Both the position numbers and the translations under genes were made by a program. Source: an uncultured Candidatus Saccharibacteria bacterium (GTDB taxonomy: Bacteria > Patescibacteriota > Minisyncoccia > Phycocordibacterales > CAIZLB01). From it: a stretch of 54,353 nucleotides of DNA. The notes under the pieces are model-generated. The model saw only the letters and a program-made list of their open reading frames with translations. It ran no database searches and had not been told where the DNA came from. The stretch lies in assembly GCA_964500215.1 (NCBI GenBank), contig CAZCNA010000002.1, positions 1-54,353 on the forward strand, read 5' to 3'. How positions within the stretch are numbered: position 1 is the first letter of the stretch; each line of letters starts with the position of its first letter. Shown one piece after another: positions 8,001-17,205 of this stretch.

Positions 8001-9539
8001 TTATTTTGTCACAATGTGAAATGCTTCTAAACGATCGCCTGGAGCGATTTCGAGTTTTGATTCAACCATTGCTCCGAATTCTTTGCCTTCTTCGACAGAA
8101 CCTACTTTTTCTTTCATTTGCTGAAGTTCTCGGATATGTCCTCGGCCGATTTCGACATCTCGTCGCATAATTTTTACTTCATCGTGCATAGATACGGTAC
8201 CGGCTTCAACACGGCCACCAATCACTTGCTTGTTTTTGTTTACACTAAAGACTTTGAGCATCTTTGCGATACCTTTCTGTTCTTCTACCTGAATTCGAGG
8301 AGCTCGTTCTCGGGCAACTTGTTCGAGCCATTCTGTCATTTTGTAAATGATATCGAATGTATGAACGCCTATTTCCATTCGTTCTGCGAGTTGTCGAGAT
8401 CCTGAGTCGATTTTGGTGTTGAACCCGATGATGAGGGTATGCTCTTTGCCTGAGGCTAATTTGATATCGTTTTCACCGATGTCTCCAATACCTGAACCGA
8501 TGATTTTGAGCTGTACTCGTTCTACCTGAATTTTTGCAATTTCATATTTGAGGGCTTCGACAGAACCAGATGTGTCCGCTTTGAGGAGAATAGGCACAAT
8601 ACTGACTTCACCAGCTTCGTTTGCTTCGTTGAAAGCTTTCTTTGATTCGGCATATTTTGCTTCATCTCGCTTGATGTTTTCAGATTCGATGAATTTTTCA
8701 GCCTCTTTTTTGTTATCGAAGGTAAAGCAGATACCGCCAACTTCTGGCATATCAGACCAACCTACGACACGAACTGGTTTTGAGGGACCTGCTTCTTTGA
8801 TTGATTTGCCTGCGAAGTTTTCGAGGATTCGAACAGGGGAGAATGCTTTTCCAGAAACGAGGACATTGCCTGTGCGGAGTGTGCCGTTCTTGATAATGAG
8901 TGTTGCAGAAATACCGCGTACTTTGTCGCGGTTTGCTTCAACAACGATACATTCTGATGGAACGTCAGTTACTCCTGTAAAGTTCTCAACATCAGCAACG
9001 AGCAGAATCATGTCGAGAAGATCATTTACACCGTCACCCGTGATACCTGAAAATGGCACGGCAGGAATTTCACCTCCGTATCCTTCAACATAAATTTCAT
9101 TTTCAGCGAGCGATTGTTTTACTCGGTCGATATTTGCGTTTGGTTTGTCGATTTTGCTAATACCAACGATGTATGGAAGAGCTGCGTTTTTAATCGCGCG
9201 GAGGGCATCGAGTGTCTGTGGCTTCACACCGTCTTCGGCAGAAACGACGAGGATGGCAATATCTGCAGCACTGGCGCCACGAGCACGGATTGCATTGAAA
9301 GATTCGTGACCAGGAGTGTCGAGGAAGGTGATTTCTTTTTCGACAGCAACACCTTCGACCGTTGTTTTGTGGAGAACTTCATACGCTGACATTCGCTGTG
9401 TGATACCACCTACTTCTTTTGCAACAACGTTTGTACTTCGAATATAGTCGAGGAGAGTCGATTTTCCGTGGTCAATATGTCCCATCACTACGACGACTGG
9501 AGGACGAGTTGTGGGTGTTTTTGAGGATGATGTAGACAT
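8001..9539 (-). CDS. infB: translation initiation factor IF-2 (short form, no long N-terminal region)
   Basis: The GTPase G1 motif GHIDHGKST lies right after a 17-aa N-terminus. DTPGHESF and ISKIDK (NKxD-like) are also present. The C-terminal IF-2 domains continue to the end at 512 aa. Confidence 0.9.
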   Translation of the reverse strand: MSTSSSKTPTTRPPVVVVMGHIDHGKSTLLDYIRSTNVVAKEVGGITQRMSAYEVLHKTTVEGVAVEKEITFLDTPGHESFNAIRARGASAADIAILVVSAEDGVKPQTLDALRAIKNAALPYIVGISKIDKPNANIDRVKQSLAENEIYVEGYGGEIPAVPFSGITGDGVNDLLDMILLVADVENFTGVTDVPSECIVVEANRDKVRGISATLIIKNGTLRTGNVLVSGKAFSPVRILENFAGKSIKEAGPSKPVRVVGWSDMPEVGGICFTFDNKKEAEKFIESENIKRDEAKYAESKKAFNEANEAGEVSIVPILLKADTSGSVEALKYEIAKIQVERVQLKIIGSGIGDIGENDIKLASGKEHTLIIGFNTKIDSGSRQLAERMEIGVHTFDIIYKMTEWLEQVARERAPRIQVEEQKGIAKMLKVFSVNKNKQVIGGRVEAGTVSMHDEVKIMRRDVEIGRGHIRELQQMKEKVGSVEEGKEFGAMVESKLEIAPGDRLEAFHIVTK

Positions 9540-9600
9540 AATGTTGAAGGTGGGATGATGAATAAGCGACCGTAGGTGTCAGGGAGAGGGTCAATCGGGC

Positions 9601-9627
9601 TAAAAATAAGGCGACATTCGTTGTCGC
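9601..9627 (-). promoter_or_regulatory. terminator-like hairpin inside the predicted infB 5' leader
   Basis: The minus strand reads GCGACA-acgaa-TGTCGC followed by CTTATTTTTA. It lies about 5-30 nt downstream of the predicted TSS and about 60 nt upstream of the infB ATG. Confidence 0.4.
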
Positions 9628-9638
9628 GGGAGAATAAA

Positions 9639-9667
9639 AATATACAATATTTGAGCCATTTTTGCAA
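9639..9667 (-). promoter_or_regulatory. sigma70-type promoter upstream of infB (TTGCAA-17-TATATT)
   Basis: On the minus strand the -35 TTGCAA is at 9667-9662, followed by a 17-nt spacer and the -10 TATATT at 9644-9639. Confidence 0.5.
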
Positions 9668-9707
9668 ATGGGCCACGAGGAGGGTATGAGGAAATCTGTA
9701 GGCAAGA

Positions 9708-10208
9708 CTACCCGAGTTTGTTGTTGGCGCTGTCGAGGACGGTTTTTTCTTCTTCGGTGAGCTCGAATGATGGTGAAAACTTTTGTACAGGTTTTGCAAA
9801 AATGCTCATTCGGTCGCTGGAATAGAGTGTTGAAATAACAAGGCCATCACCGTTCTCATTGAGGAAGGCTGATGCGAAGCTCTGATTGCCTCCGCCTCCA
9901 CTGCCACGAAATGCATTGAATCGAATTGTCTCGACTGACTGCACTGATTTGCGGAGACGCTTCTCAACTGTGGTGAGATATTCTTCGGAACCTTTGCGGA
10001 ATTCGATGAGGTCATCAAGTTCTTTTGAAATTTTTATGAGGGAATCTTCAATAGATGTGACAGATTTGCCTTTGAGGAGTCGCTTGAGCCGAATGCGGAG
10101 GTTGATGATGAGGCCGAGGAGCACAAATACAAAAAGCGCGAGAATAATAACGAGCAATAATTCTAATGAAAGGGTAATGGGAAGGTATGGAGCAAATGAA
10201 ATCGTCAT
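9708..10208 (-). CDS. DUF4446 family membrane protein
   Basis: An N-terminal TM helix is followed by a coiled segment, then RFNAFRGSGGGGNQSFASAFLNENGDGLVISTLYSSDRMSIFAKPV. This matches my memory of the DUF4446 core. Confidence 0.55.
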   Translation of the reverse strand: MTISFAPYLPITLSLELLLVIILALFVFVLLGLIINLRIRLKRLLKGKSVTSIEDSLIKISKELDDLIEFRKGSEEYLTTVEKRLRKSVQSVETIRFNAFRGSGGGGNQSFASAFLNENGDGLVISTLYSSDRMSIFAKPVQKFSPSFELTEEEKTVLDSANNKLG

Positions 10209-10241
10209 ATATCAAAAAAGTATACATAACGCTTCTTTTTT

Positions 10242-10249
10242 TGTATAGT
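10242..10249 (+). promoter_or_regulatory. -10 box TG-TATAGT, 7 nt upstream of ATG 10257 (leaderless geometry)
   Basis: TATAGT at 10244-10249, and the next ATG in the desulfurase frame is at 10257. This argues against the GTG at 10248 listed in the ORF track. Confidence 0.45.
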
Positions 10250-10256
10250 GGATAGT

Positions 10257-11456
10257 ATGAAGTTTCTCTCGGTATTCAAGTCTTCAAAGAAGCGATTGTA
10301 TTTTGATTATGCGTCAATCACACCCGTTGATCCACGGGTGATTGACGCTATGACCACTGCAATGCGAGTTCATCAGGCAAATCCAGCATCGTTGTATGCG
10401 GAAGGGGTGGCTGCTCACAAGGCTCTCGAAGGCGCACGCACACATGTAGCGTCACTCATCGAGGCTCATGCAGACGAAATCGTCTTTACCTCAGGTGGCA
10501 CAGAAGCCAATAACTTAGCCATAAAAGGGGTGCTCAAAGCAGCACTTGGCACCGTTGCTCGACCGCATGTAGTTACAACGGCCATCGAACATCCCTCAAT
10601 TTTCGAACTAGTAGATACACTTGGTAAAGCTCAAATTGATGTGACGATTGTGCCTGTTTCAGAAAACGGCATTGTCGATCCACGAGACATCAAAGCCGCG
10701 CTCACCCCTCAGACCGTATTGGTATCAGTGATGTATGCAAACAACGAGATCGGTACCATCCAACCAATTGCTGAAATCGCAAAAGCAATTCGATCATTCA
10801 AAAAAGAACAAGATCTCGGCAGTCACGGCTATCCATACTTGCACACAGACGCCAGTCAGGCCGCTGCATATTGTTCGCTCCGCGTTCCAGCACTCAATGT
10901 TGATTTGCTCACGCTCGATGGTTCAAAACTATATGGACCACGAGGAACGGGTATGCTATTCGTTCGACGAGGTGTATCTATTGAAGCAGAATTGATTGGT
11001 GGAAGTCAGGAACATGACCTCCGCGCAGGTACTGAGAATCTCCCTGGAATTATTGGATTCGATACCGCACTCACACTCTCAGAACACGAAAAAGAATCAG
11101 AATCACCTCGCGTGGCAGCCCTCCGAGACGCCCTCTGGAATGACCTTCAATCAGAATATCCATTTATCACCCTCAATGGAGATCTTGCCAAACGACTGCC
11201 AAATAATATAAATATATGCATTCCAGGGTCTGACGCTGAATTCCTCGTTCTCAAATTGGATGTCCGCGGTATTGCCGTATCATCCGTGACGAGTTGCAGA
11301 AATCTTTCTGAGGATTCAACGTCTTATGTTATAGAAGCGCTCGGAAAGCCTGATTGCGCTCGAAGTTCGCTTCGTATCACCCTCGGAAGATATACAACCG
11401 CCTCAGACATAGCCACATTGAAAGAACATCTCCGCAGCGTTGTAAAAGGGATATAA
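10257..11456 (+). CDS. cysteine desulfurase (class V aminotransferase, NifS/IscS family)
   Basis: It has FDYASITP, FTSGGTEANNLAI, HTDASQA, and the PLP-lysine context LTLDGSKLYGPRG (SxHK-like). About 400 aa. Confidence 0.8.
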   Translation: MKFLSVFKSSKKRLYFDYASITPVDPRVIDAMTTAMRVHQANPASLYAEGVAAHKALEGARTHVASLIEAHADEIVFTSGGTEANNLAIKGVLKAALGTVARPHVVTTAIEHPSIFELVDTLGKAQIDVTIVPVSENGIVDPRDIKAALTPQTVLVSVMYANNEIGTIQPIAEIAKAIRSFKKEQDLGSHGYPYLHTDASQAAAYCSLRVPALNVDLLTLDGSKLYGPRGTGMLFVRRGVSIEAELIGGSQEHDLRAGTENLPGIIGFDTALTLSEHEKESESPRVAALRDALWNDLQSEYPFITLNGDLAKRLPNNINICIPGSDAEFLVLKLDVRGIAVSSVTSCRNLSEDSTSYVIEALGKPDCARSSLRITLGRYTTASDIATLKEHLRSVVKGI

Positions 11457-11488
11457 CAAGCCATTTCTGGCCACCTAATTGACGTACA

Positions 11489-11497
11489 TGGTATAAT
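11489..11497 (+). promoter_or_regulatory. extended -10 box TGGTATAAT upstream of clpB
   Basis: Consensus TGnTATAAT lies 33 nt upstream of the clpB ATG. Confidence 0.5.
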
Positions 11498-11530
11498 CAA
11501 TAGTGGTCCAATAAAAGTTTAAATTTAATT

Positions 11531-14248
11531 ATGATGCCTCCATTTAGTCATTTCACAACAAAAGCAAAAGAAGCGATTCGAAAGGCCCATGAATTGGCCA
11601 TCGAACGAGGACAAAACAATGTTAATCCATTGCATCTTTTGACTGCAATTTTGGTACAAGAAGACAGTATTGTGCTTTCTGTGCTCGAAAAGCTCGAGGT
11701 AGACACCGTTTTATTGACTGACAATCTCCTCGAATCTATCGAAACAGGGGAAGCTTCATCTACTATTTCACCGTCATATCAGCTCTATCTCACTCCAGAG
11801 CTTGCCCAGATTATCGAAGGTTCAGCACGCGTTGCAACACAGCTCAAAGATGAATTCGTTTCAGTTGAGCATATTTTCCTTGCAATGTTTGATGTCGCAA
11901 GTTCTGGTCGCGACCTCTTGAACAAATTTAAACTCGAAAAAGATACCGTTATCAACGCACTTGAGGCTCTCAAAACAACAAAACCAACAGAAGCCAGTCA
12001 TCCAAAGAAGATGAAGGCCCTTATCAAATATACACGTAACCTCACAACCCTCGCTCGAGAAAACAAACTCGATCCAGTGATTGGCCGAGATACAGAAATT
12101 GGTCGTGTGATTCAGATTCTCTCTCGACGAACAAAAAACAACCCAATTCTCATCGGTGAAGCCGGTGTGGGAAAGACAGCAATTGCTGAAGGCCTCGCAA
12201 ATCGAATCGCAATGGGGGATGTACCAGAATCTCTCAAAGACAAAGAGCTCGTATCTCTCGACCTCGGTATTCTCGTTGCTGGTACAAAATATCGTGGAGA
12301 ATTTGAAGAACGATTGAAGAATATTTTAAAGGAAATTGAGAAGTCAGATGGTAAAGTGATTCTCTTCATTGATGAAATTCACACAATTGTAGGAGCCGGT
12401 GCTGCCGAAGGTTCTCTCGATGCATCAAACATGCTCAAACCAGCTCTTGCCCGAGGAGAACTTCGAGCCATTGGTGCGACAACACTCAAGGAATATCAAA
12501 AGCACATCGAAAAAGACCCAGCATTACAGCGACGATTTCAGCCTGTGTATGTGAATGAACCATCAATAGAAGACGCCATCGCTATCATGCGAGGCCTCAA
12601 AGAAAAATACGAACTCTATCACGGCGTACGAATCACAGACGATGCCCTCATCTCTGCGGTGAATCTTTCTACACGATATATCAGTGACCGATTCTTGCCA
12701 GACAAAGCTGTGGATCTCATCGACGAAGCAGCATCAAGTCTCAAGATCTCTCTTGAAAACAAACCGCCTGTTCTCGAAGACGCACATCGAAAAATCATGC
12801 GACTCGAAATTGAACGTGAAGCTCTCCGAAAAGAACACGAATCTACAAAGGGCAAAGATACAAAAGCACGTATCAAGGATATCGAAGTAGAAATTGCAGA
12901 CCTCAAAGACCGCACATCAGAAGTCGAAGCAAAGTGGATTAACGAAAAAGAAACACTCAGTGATATCAAGGCAATCAAAAAGAGCCTCGAATCTCTCCGA
13001 CAAGACGCAGAACGAGCCGAAGCACACGCCGACCTCTCAAAGGCAGCGGAAATTCGATATGGTAAACTTCCTGGCCTCGAAAAAGATCTCGAAACAAAGA
13101 CAAAACGACTCAAAAAGCTCCAGAGTTCACGACGAATTCTCAAAGAAGAAATCACCGAAAGTGATATCGCAGAAGTCGTTGCACGATGGACAGGTATTCC
13201 TGTAACTCGAATGCTCGAAGAAGAAGCACGAAAGCTCGCTCGACTCGAAGAAGAACTCACACAGTCAGTTGTGGGCCAGCGTGAAGCCGTACAAAAGGTT
13301 GCTGATACAATCAAGCGATCACGAGCAGGTATCAATGATCCAAATCGACCAATCGGTTCATTCATCTTCCTCGGACCTACCGGTGTGGGAAAGACAGAAC
13401 TCACCAAATCTCTCGCAAAATTCATGTTTGATGATGAGAAAGCTCTCATCCGTGTCGATATGTCAGAATTCATGGAAAAACACGCCGTTTCAAAGATTAT
13501 CGGTGCGCCACCAGGCTATGTTGGCCACGATGACAGTGGTACACTTGTGGATACAATCCGACATCGACCATATTCTGTGGTACTTTTCGACGAGATCGAA
13601 AAAGCTCATCCAGAAATCTTCAACATCTTGCTTCAGGTGCTCGACAACGGCCGTCTCACTGACTCAAAGGGCCGAACGGTGAACTTCAAAAACACAATTA
13701 TTATTATGACATCAAACATCGGTGCGCAATACATCGATCGTATGCAGAAAATTGGCTTCTCTTCACACAAAGATGATCAGGGAAGTTACACCGAAATCAA
13801 GGACAAAGTCATGGGTGCTCTCAAAGATCATTTCCGACCAGAATTCCTCAACCGTCTCGATGAAATTGTACTCTTTGATATCTTGAGCAAAGAATCAATC
13901 ATGAAGATTGTAGAAATTGAAGTTGAAAAGGTGAAGCAGCGACTTCTCGAAAAAGATATCACTCTCGATATCAAACAAGAAGTACTCGAACACCTCGCCA
14001 AGGAAGGATACAATCCACAGTATGGTGCGCGACCGTTGAAGCGACTTATCCAAAACAAGATCCTCACGCCAGTTGCATCTCTCATCATTTCAGAAGGGGT
14101 GATGAAAGGAGGCACAATCCACATCGGTGTGCAGACAGTCTCAAAGGACAAAGATAAGACCCCTGAATTCACCTTTGATGTCAAAAAAGGCAAGAAAGGC
14201 ACATTGTTCAAAGAAAGTCTCATTGCACATGCACCGGTGAAGGCGTAA
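11531..14248 (+). CDS. clpB: ATP-dependent chaperone ClpB
   Basis: It has a Clp N-domain and two AAA+ modules: Walker [11 protein letters not shown] and [10 protein letters not shown], Walker B ILFIDEIH and [12 protein letters not shown] long coiled-coil middle domain lies between them. 905 aa. Confidence 0.9.
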   Translation: MMPPFSHFTTKAKEAIRKAHELAIERGQNNVNPLHLLTAILVQEDSIVLSVLEKLEVDTVLLTDNLLESIETGEASSTISPSYQLYLTPELAQIIEGSARVATQLKDEFVSVEHIFLAMFDVASSGRDLLNKFKLEKDTVINALEALKTTKPTEASHPKKMKALIKYTRNLTTLARENKLDPVIGRDTEIGRVIQILSRRTKNNPILIGEAGVGKTAIAEGLANRIAMGDVPESLKDKELVSLDLGILVAGTKYRGEFEERLKNILKEIEKSDGKVILFIDEIHTIVGAGAAEGSLDASNMLKPALARGELRAIGATTLKEYQKHIEKDPALQRRFQPVYVNEPSIEDAIAIMRGLKEKYELYHGVRITDDALISAVNLSTRYISDRFLPDKAVDLIDEAASSLKISLENKPPVLEDAHRKIMRLEIEREALRKEHESTKGKDTKARIKDIEVEIADLKDRTSEVEAKWINEKETLSDIKAIKKSLESLRQDAERAEAHADLSKAAEIRYGKLPGLEKDLETKTKRLKKLQSSRRILKEEITESDIAEVVARWTGIPVTRMLEEEARKLARLEEELTQSVVGQREAVQKVADTIKRSRAGINDPNRPIGSFIFLGPTGVGKTELTKSLAKFMFDDEKALIRVDMSEFMEKHAVSKIIGAPPGYVGHDDSGTLVDTIRHRPYSVVLFDEIEKAHPEIFNILLQVLDNGRLTDSKGRTVNFKNTIIIMTSNIGAQYIDRMQKIGFSSHKDDQGSYTEIKDKVMGALKDHFRPEFLNRLDEIVLFDILSKESIMKIVEIEVEKVKQRLLEKDITLDIKQEVLEHLAKEGYNPQYGARPLKRLIQNKILTPVASLIISEGVMKGGTIHIGVQTVSKDKDKTPEFTFDVKKGKKGTLFKESLIAHAPVKA

Positions 14249-14273
14249 CTTACACATTCTCTACCGATTAAAA

Positions 14274-14297
14274 AGTGACCAGTAATGGTCACTTTTT
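14274..14297 (+). terminator. intrinsic terminator of clpB
   Basis: AGTGACC-agtaat-GGTCACT followed by TTTTT. Confidence 0.7.
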
Positions 14298-14441
14298 GTG
14301 TATCAAACTGTATGTTTTGTATAGTTCAATATCGATACATTGGAAAAATGTTTAAAGATATGGTATATATTAGGCACTCATATATGACATTGCACGATCA
14401 CTGTGCAACGAATAGGTGAGTATAAACGTTGTGTATAGAAT

Positions 14442-14525
14442 GCGTAGGTGGCGGAGCGGTCAATCGCAGTAGACTGTAAATCTATCGCCCATTGGGCTAC
14501 GGGGGTTCGAATCCCTCCCTACGCA
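14442..14525 (+). tRNA. tRNA-Tyr (anticodon GUA)
   Basis: Hand fold gives acceptor GCGTAGG/CCTACGC, anticodon stem GTAGA/TCTAT with loop CTGTAAA, a long variable arm, and T-arm GGGGG-TTCGAAT-CCCTC. Confidence 0.85.
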
Positions 14526-14539
14526 CAACAATATAAAAG

Positions 14540-14561
14540 GCCAGCATGTTGCTGGCTTTTT
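14540..14561 (+). terminator. intrinsic terminator after tRNA-Tyr
   Basis: GCCAGCA-tgt-TGCTGGC followed by TTTTT. Confidence 0.7.
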
Positions 14562-14597
14562 ATGTTAATTGAAAATTACCTATATATCGATTTATAT

Positions 14598-14640
14598 AAA
14601 ACAGAAGACCCACCGAAGCAGGACTTCTGCTCGGTGGGTC
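14598..14640 (-). terminator. intrinsic terminator of the 14639..15187 gene
   Basis: A GC-rich 14-15-bp stem (GACCCACCGAGCAGA / TCTGCTTCGGTGGGTC with one bulge) overlaps the stop codon. A U-rich tract follows on the minus strand. Confidence 0.6.
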
Positions 14641-15187
14641 AGGGACGGCACTTCCAGCCTTTCGCAAGCTGAACCAAAATCTGTGTTTTGCGAAAAACTT
14701 CTCGCGTTGCACAATATTCTCGGGTCACAGCTTGATCGGGGAAGTAGAGATTTCCTCCACTCGGCGCAAAGGGGCCTTTGGTGACCACCAACACTGGATT
14801 GACGGACAGGATTCCAACGGGGTAGGCGTCAATGATAGCGGAGTCTGGAGTTACGAGCCAGGAGTGTCGAGTTTCTTGGCGTTTGATTTTTGTCACTCCA
14901 TCCTCCTCAATGAATGCCATCCCGAAATAGTATCCATCCCGCACCTTGAGATCGGGAATAATGTGGCTGATCGCCCGGTGAATTGGGTGGCAGTTAAATT
15001 GGAGACGTCGTGAGTGTTCATGTGCATCTGCCTGGCCACGGATGAACTCGCAGACGGACATAACCATGCAGAAATACTTCATGTCCAGACGAGTGGTATT
15101 TGTAGTGATAGCTTTACTGAAAAACATAGTGGAAGAATATGGTTGGTTGTGAAGGGAGCAGAAACCTGCTCTAACGAATTTGAACAC
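14639..15187 (-). CDS. hypothetical protein (higher-GC gene; start uncertain)
   Basis: The ORF is 182 aa from a GTG. Internal ATGs (MFFSK, MKYFCM) are alternative starts. I recognise no family. Confidence 0.4.
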   Translation of the reverse strand: MFKFVRAGFCSLHNQPYSSTMFFSKAITTNTTRLDMKYFCMVMSVCEFIRGQADAHEHSRRLQFNCHPIHRAISHIIPDLKVRDGYYFGMAFIEEDGVTKIKRQETRHSWLVTPDSAIIDAYPVGILSVNPVLVVTKGPFAPSGGNLYFPDQAVTREYCATREVFRKTQILVQLAKGWKCRP

Positions 15188-15300
15188 ATATAAACATTTG
15201 TGTTGCGATGTGTCAATACTGTGAATAGGGTATATACCTGTTCAAATACCATCACCGTGAATTGCTTTTTTCTCAATATCTGTTATTATCTGTATCACAT

Positions 15301-15453
15301 ATGTCACAAGACCGATTAATTAAATTGAAAAACAAGGAAACAGGAGAGGAGATTTATACTTCTAAGAACAAGAAGAAAAATCCTAAGATCGCCCTCATGA
15401 AATACAGTAAAAAACTCAGAAAGCGAGTAAAGTTTACTGAATCTAAGAAATAA
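15301..15453 (+). CDS. rpmG: 50S ribosomal protein L33
   Basis: The 50-aa product MSQDRLIKLKNKETGEEIYTSKNKKKNPKIALMKYSKKLRKRVKFTESKK has the L33 pattern (YxTxKNKKN…L…KY…RK…xxExK). Start is taken at the internal ATG of listed ORF 15262..15453. Confidence 0.8.
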   Translation: MSQDRLIKLKNKETGEEIYTSKNKKKNPKIALMKYSKKLRKRVKFTESKK

Positions 15454-15467
15454 GGTTTCTAACGAAA

Positions 15468-15490
15468 TGGCCCCTGATGGGGCTTTTTTG
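15468..15490 (+). terminator. intrinsic terminator of rpmG
   Basis: GGCCCC-tgat-GGGGC followed by TTTTTT. Confidence 0.7.
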
Positions 15491-15531
15491 TTGGGTGCAT
15501 ATTTTTAATTACGAACAAAACCTTGTGTCTT

Positions 15532-15565
15532 AATAAAAACAGGGCTACCAGTGAAGGTAGCCCTG
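15532..15565 (-). terminator. intrinsic terminator of the 15626..16513 gene
   Basis: Perfect 10-bp stem CAGGGCTACC / GGTAGCCCTG, followed on the minus strand by TTTTTATT. Confidence 0.7.
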
Positions 15566-15625
15566 TGGGGTATTAACCGCAGATCAATTACAGAAAAGAT
15601 CGAGGAATCATGTGAGAAGATCGGC

Positions 15626-16513
15626 TCAAATCAAGAACGCTGACGCCGTACTTATTTCAGGACGGCAGCTTCGAGCATCCCTACTGAAAACCTCGACCCA
15701 GTCACCGTTGATACGGAAGACTGGAGTCAAACTGCTGTCGTTTCCAATATGTTTGTGTCCAGTGATGTATTCTCCAGCACACATCACATCAAGATCTCCA
15801 TCTGTCATTAGGCGTTCTGGATGTGTCAACAGCATAATGCCAACATCAAACATCTTGAGACCAATTTCATTGGCACGCATGACTTCGCCTGCCCGCCGAG
15901 TCGAACGTCCTTGATGTAGCAACCCAAATTGGGCAGGAACAATGAGAATGTCATAACCGGCTTGCTGTTTTTCAATCCTTTTCCAGATTGCTTCTGCACT
16001 GGGGAGAGGCCGAAGCTGTCCGCTGATCTTGCCGATCAGATAGTTGTGATATTTATTGAAGCGAGTTTCCTTTAATAGGTCAAAGACCCGATACAGGGCT
16101 TTATAATAGGTGGGTGCAATACTTTCCCACCGTGGAATAGCAAACCAGCCTTCTGCGTTTGGAGGAAGTGCTCCGTCCGCGATCTGCATATTTGCGTGGC
16201 CTATACGAGGAAACAACTCCTTTAGGCGACGAATCTGTTCGGCAAGTTCTTTCGGCTTGTATCCAGAGACATAGCCATAAGTTGTTTTCACTTCCTCGTC
16301 ATTAAATTTGTCAGAAGTCGACAGATTCTTTAGCGAGGTGACGGCGGCGATACGGATTGCTTCGGCGAATTTGTCACCGTGTTCAATAGCGCGCTGGGCG
16401 CTAGGATTATCCAGGTTGAGTTCGGCGAGAGCCTTTTCGATGGCATCGCAGCCCACCCTGGTAATCTGCTTTATTTGACCAATTGTAGCATTTGTCTGAG
16501 TAATCGTCTTCAT
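15626..16513 (-). CDS. hypothetical protein (foreign-looking gene between rpmG and tRNA-Trp)
   Basis: 295-aa ORF with a strong Shine-Dalgarno (AAGGAG 8 nt upstream of the ATG), unlike neighbouring leaderless genes. I recognise no family. Confidence 0.5.
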   Translation of the reverse strand: MKTITQTNATIGQIKQITRVGCDAIEKALAELNLDNPSAQRAIEHGDKFAEAIRIAAVTSLKNLSTSDKFNDEEVKTTYGYVSGYKPKELAEQIRRLKELFPRIGHANMQIADGALPPNAEGWFAIPRWESIAPTYYKALYRVFDLLKETRFNKYHNYLIGKISGQLRPLPSAEAIWKRIEKQQAGYDILIVPAQFGLLHQGRSTRRAGEVMRANEIGLKMFDVGIMLLTHPERLMTDGDLDVMCAGEYITGHKHIGNDSSLTPVFRINGDWVEVFSRDARSCRPEISTASAFLI

Positions 16514-16881
16514 GACGTTATCTCCTTATATTAACCACCGAATACGTTCGGCTACGACCCTTCCCTGTATGAGATGAGTTTTTTACGTCTTATTAATGTA
16601 TAGTGTATAAGACACAAAAAACTCATCTCAAAACTGCGGTATGTAAAGAACAATGCTGTTGGTAATGTACAATATATGTAGTCATTGTCAAACATTCCTC
16701 ATCAATAAATTTGTAGTATGCGTATCTCATATACTTGAAATTTTGTAAGCAAATTCTTCAAAAAATCACAAAATAGTGTATACTTGCTTTTGTCGAAGAG
16801 GAGCCGTTTACGGGCCTTTTTGACCCTTCAGAGGGCATGTAGTCGTACACTGATGGCAATCTGACAGGCATATATAAATAC

Positions 16882-16953
16882 GGGTCTATAGTTTCAATGG
16901 TAAAACATTCCTCTCCAAAAGGAAGGTTCCAGGTTCGAGTCCTGGTGGGCCCG
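16882..16953 (+). tRNA. tRNA-Trp (anticodon CCA)
   Basis: Hand fold gives acceptor GGGTCTA/TGGGCCC (two G-U pairs), anticodon stem TTCCT/AGGAA with loop CTCCAAA, and T-arm CCAGG-TTCGAGT-CCTGG. Confidence 0.8.
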
Positions 16954-16963
16954 CTACAAACAA

Positions 16964-16997
16964 AAAACATCCTGAGTTTACTGAGGATGTTTTTTGT
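16964..16997 (+). terminator. intrinsic terminator after tRNA-Trp
   Basis: AACATCCT…AGGATGTT hairpin followed by TTTTT. Confidence 0.6.
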
Positions 16998-17138
16998 TTG
17001 CTGGAACACTCACAGACGAGAAGGCCGGACTGAGTTCTGCAATGAGCCCTTTGGGCGAAGCAGAACGAAGGAGGCGGGGTCGACAGGCTTTTTGCGAAGC
17101 AAAAAGAACTGGTGACCGAGTCCTGATAAATATAAATA

Positions 17139-17187
17139 TAAAAAAACACCCTCACCGCAGGCAGTAGTGATACTGCCGTTGGTGAGA
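17139..17187 (-). terminator. intrinsic terminator of the 17206..18252 gene
   Basis: A long GC-rich stem (CTCACCAACGGCAGTA / TACTGCCTGCGGTGAG) is followed on the minus strand by TTTTTTT. Confidence 0.65.
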
Positions 17188-17205
17188 GTGGTTGCCTGCG
17201 GTCGA

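Noticed and set aside
11785-14292. Many antisense or alternate-frame ORFs are listed inside clpB. Similar ones lie inside infB, topA, uvrB, uvrA, tgt, res and the higher-GC genes (for example 12619-13473, 41687-42508, 3406-4305 and 29103-29558).
   Set aside because: They are fully embedded in ORFs with strong family signatures. Their translations are low-complexity (Ser/Arg/Phe-rich), and they lack their own signals. I treat them as shadow ORFs.
14434-14442. -10-like boxes lie directly in front of tRNA-Tyr and tRNA-Trp (16871-16876). They suggest tRNAs transcribed without a 5' leader and therefore independent of RNase P.
   Set aside because: The spacing is inconsistent: 2-5 nt from the box to the mature 5' end. 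tRNA-Ala and tRNA-Leu-CAA clearly have 5-9-nt leaders behind their best boxes. The pattern is not supported.
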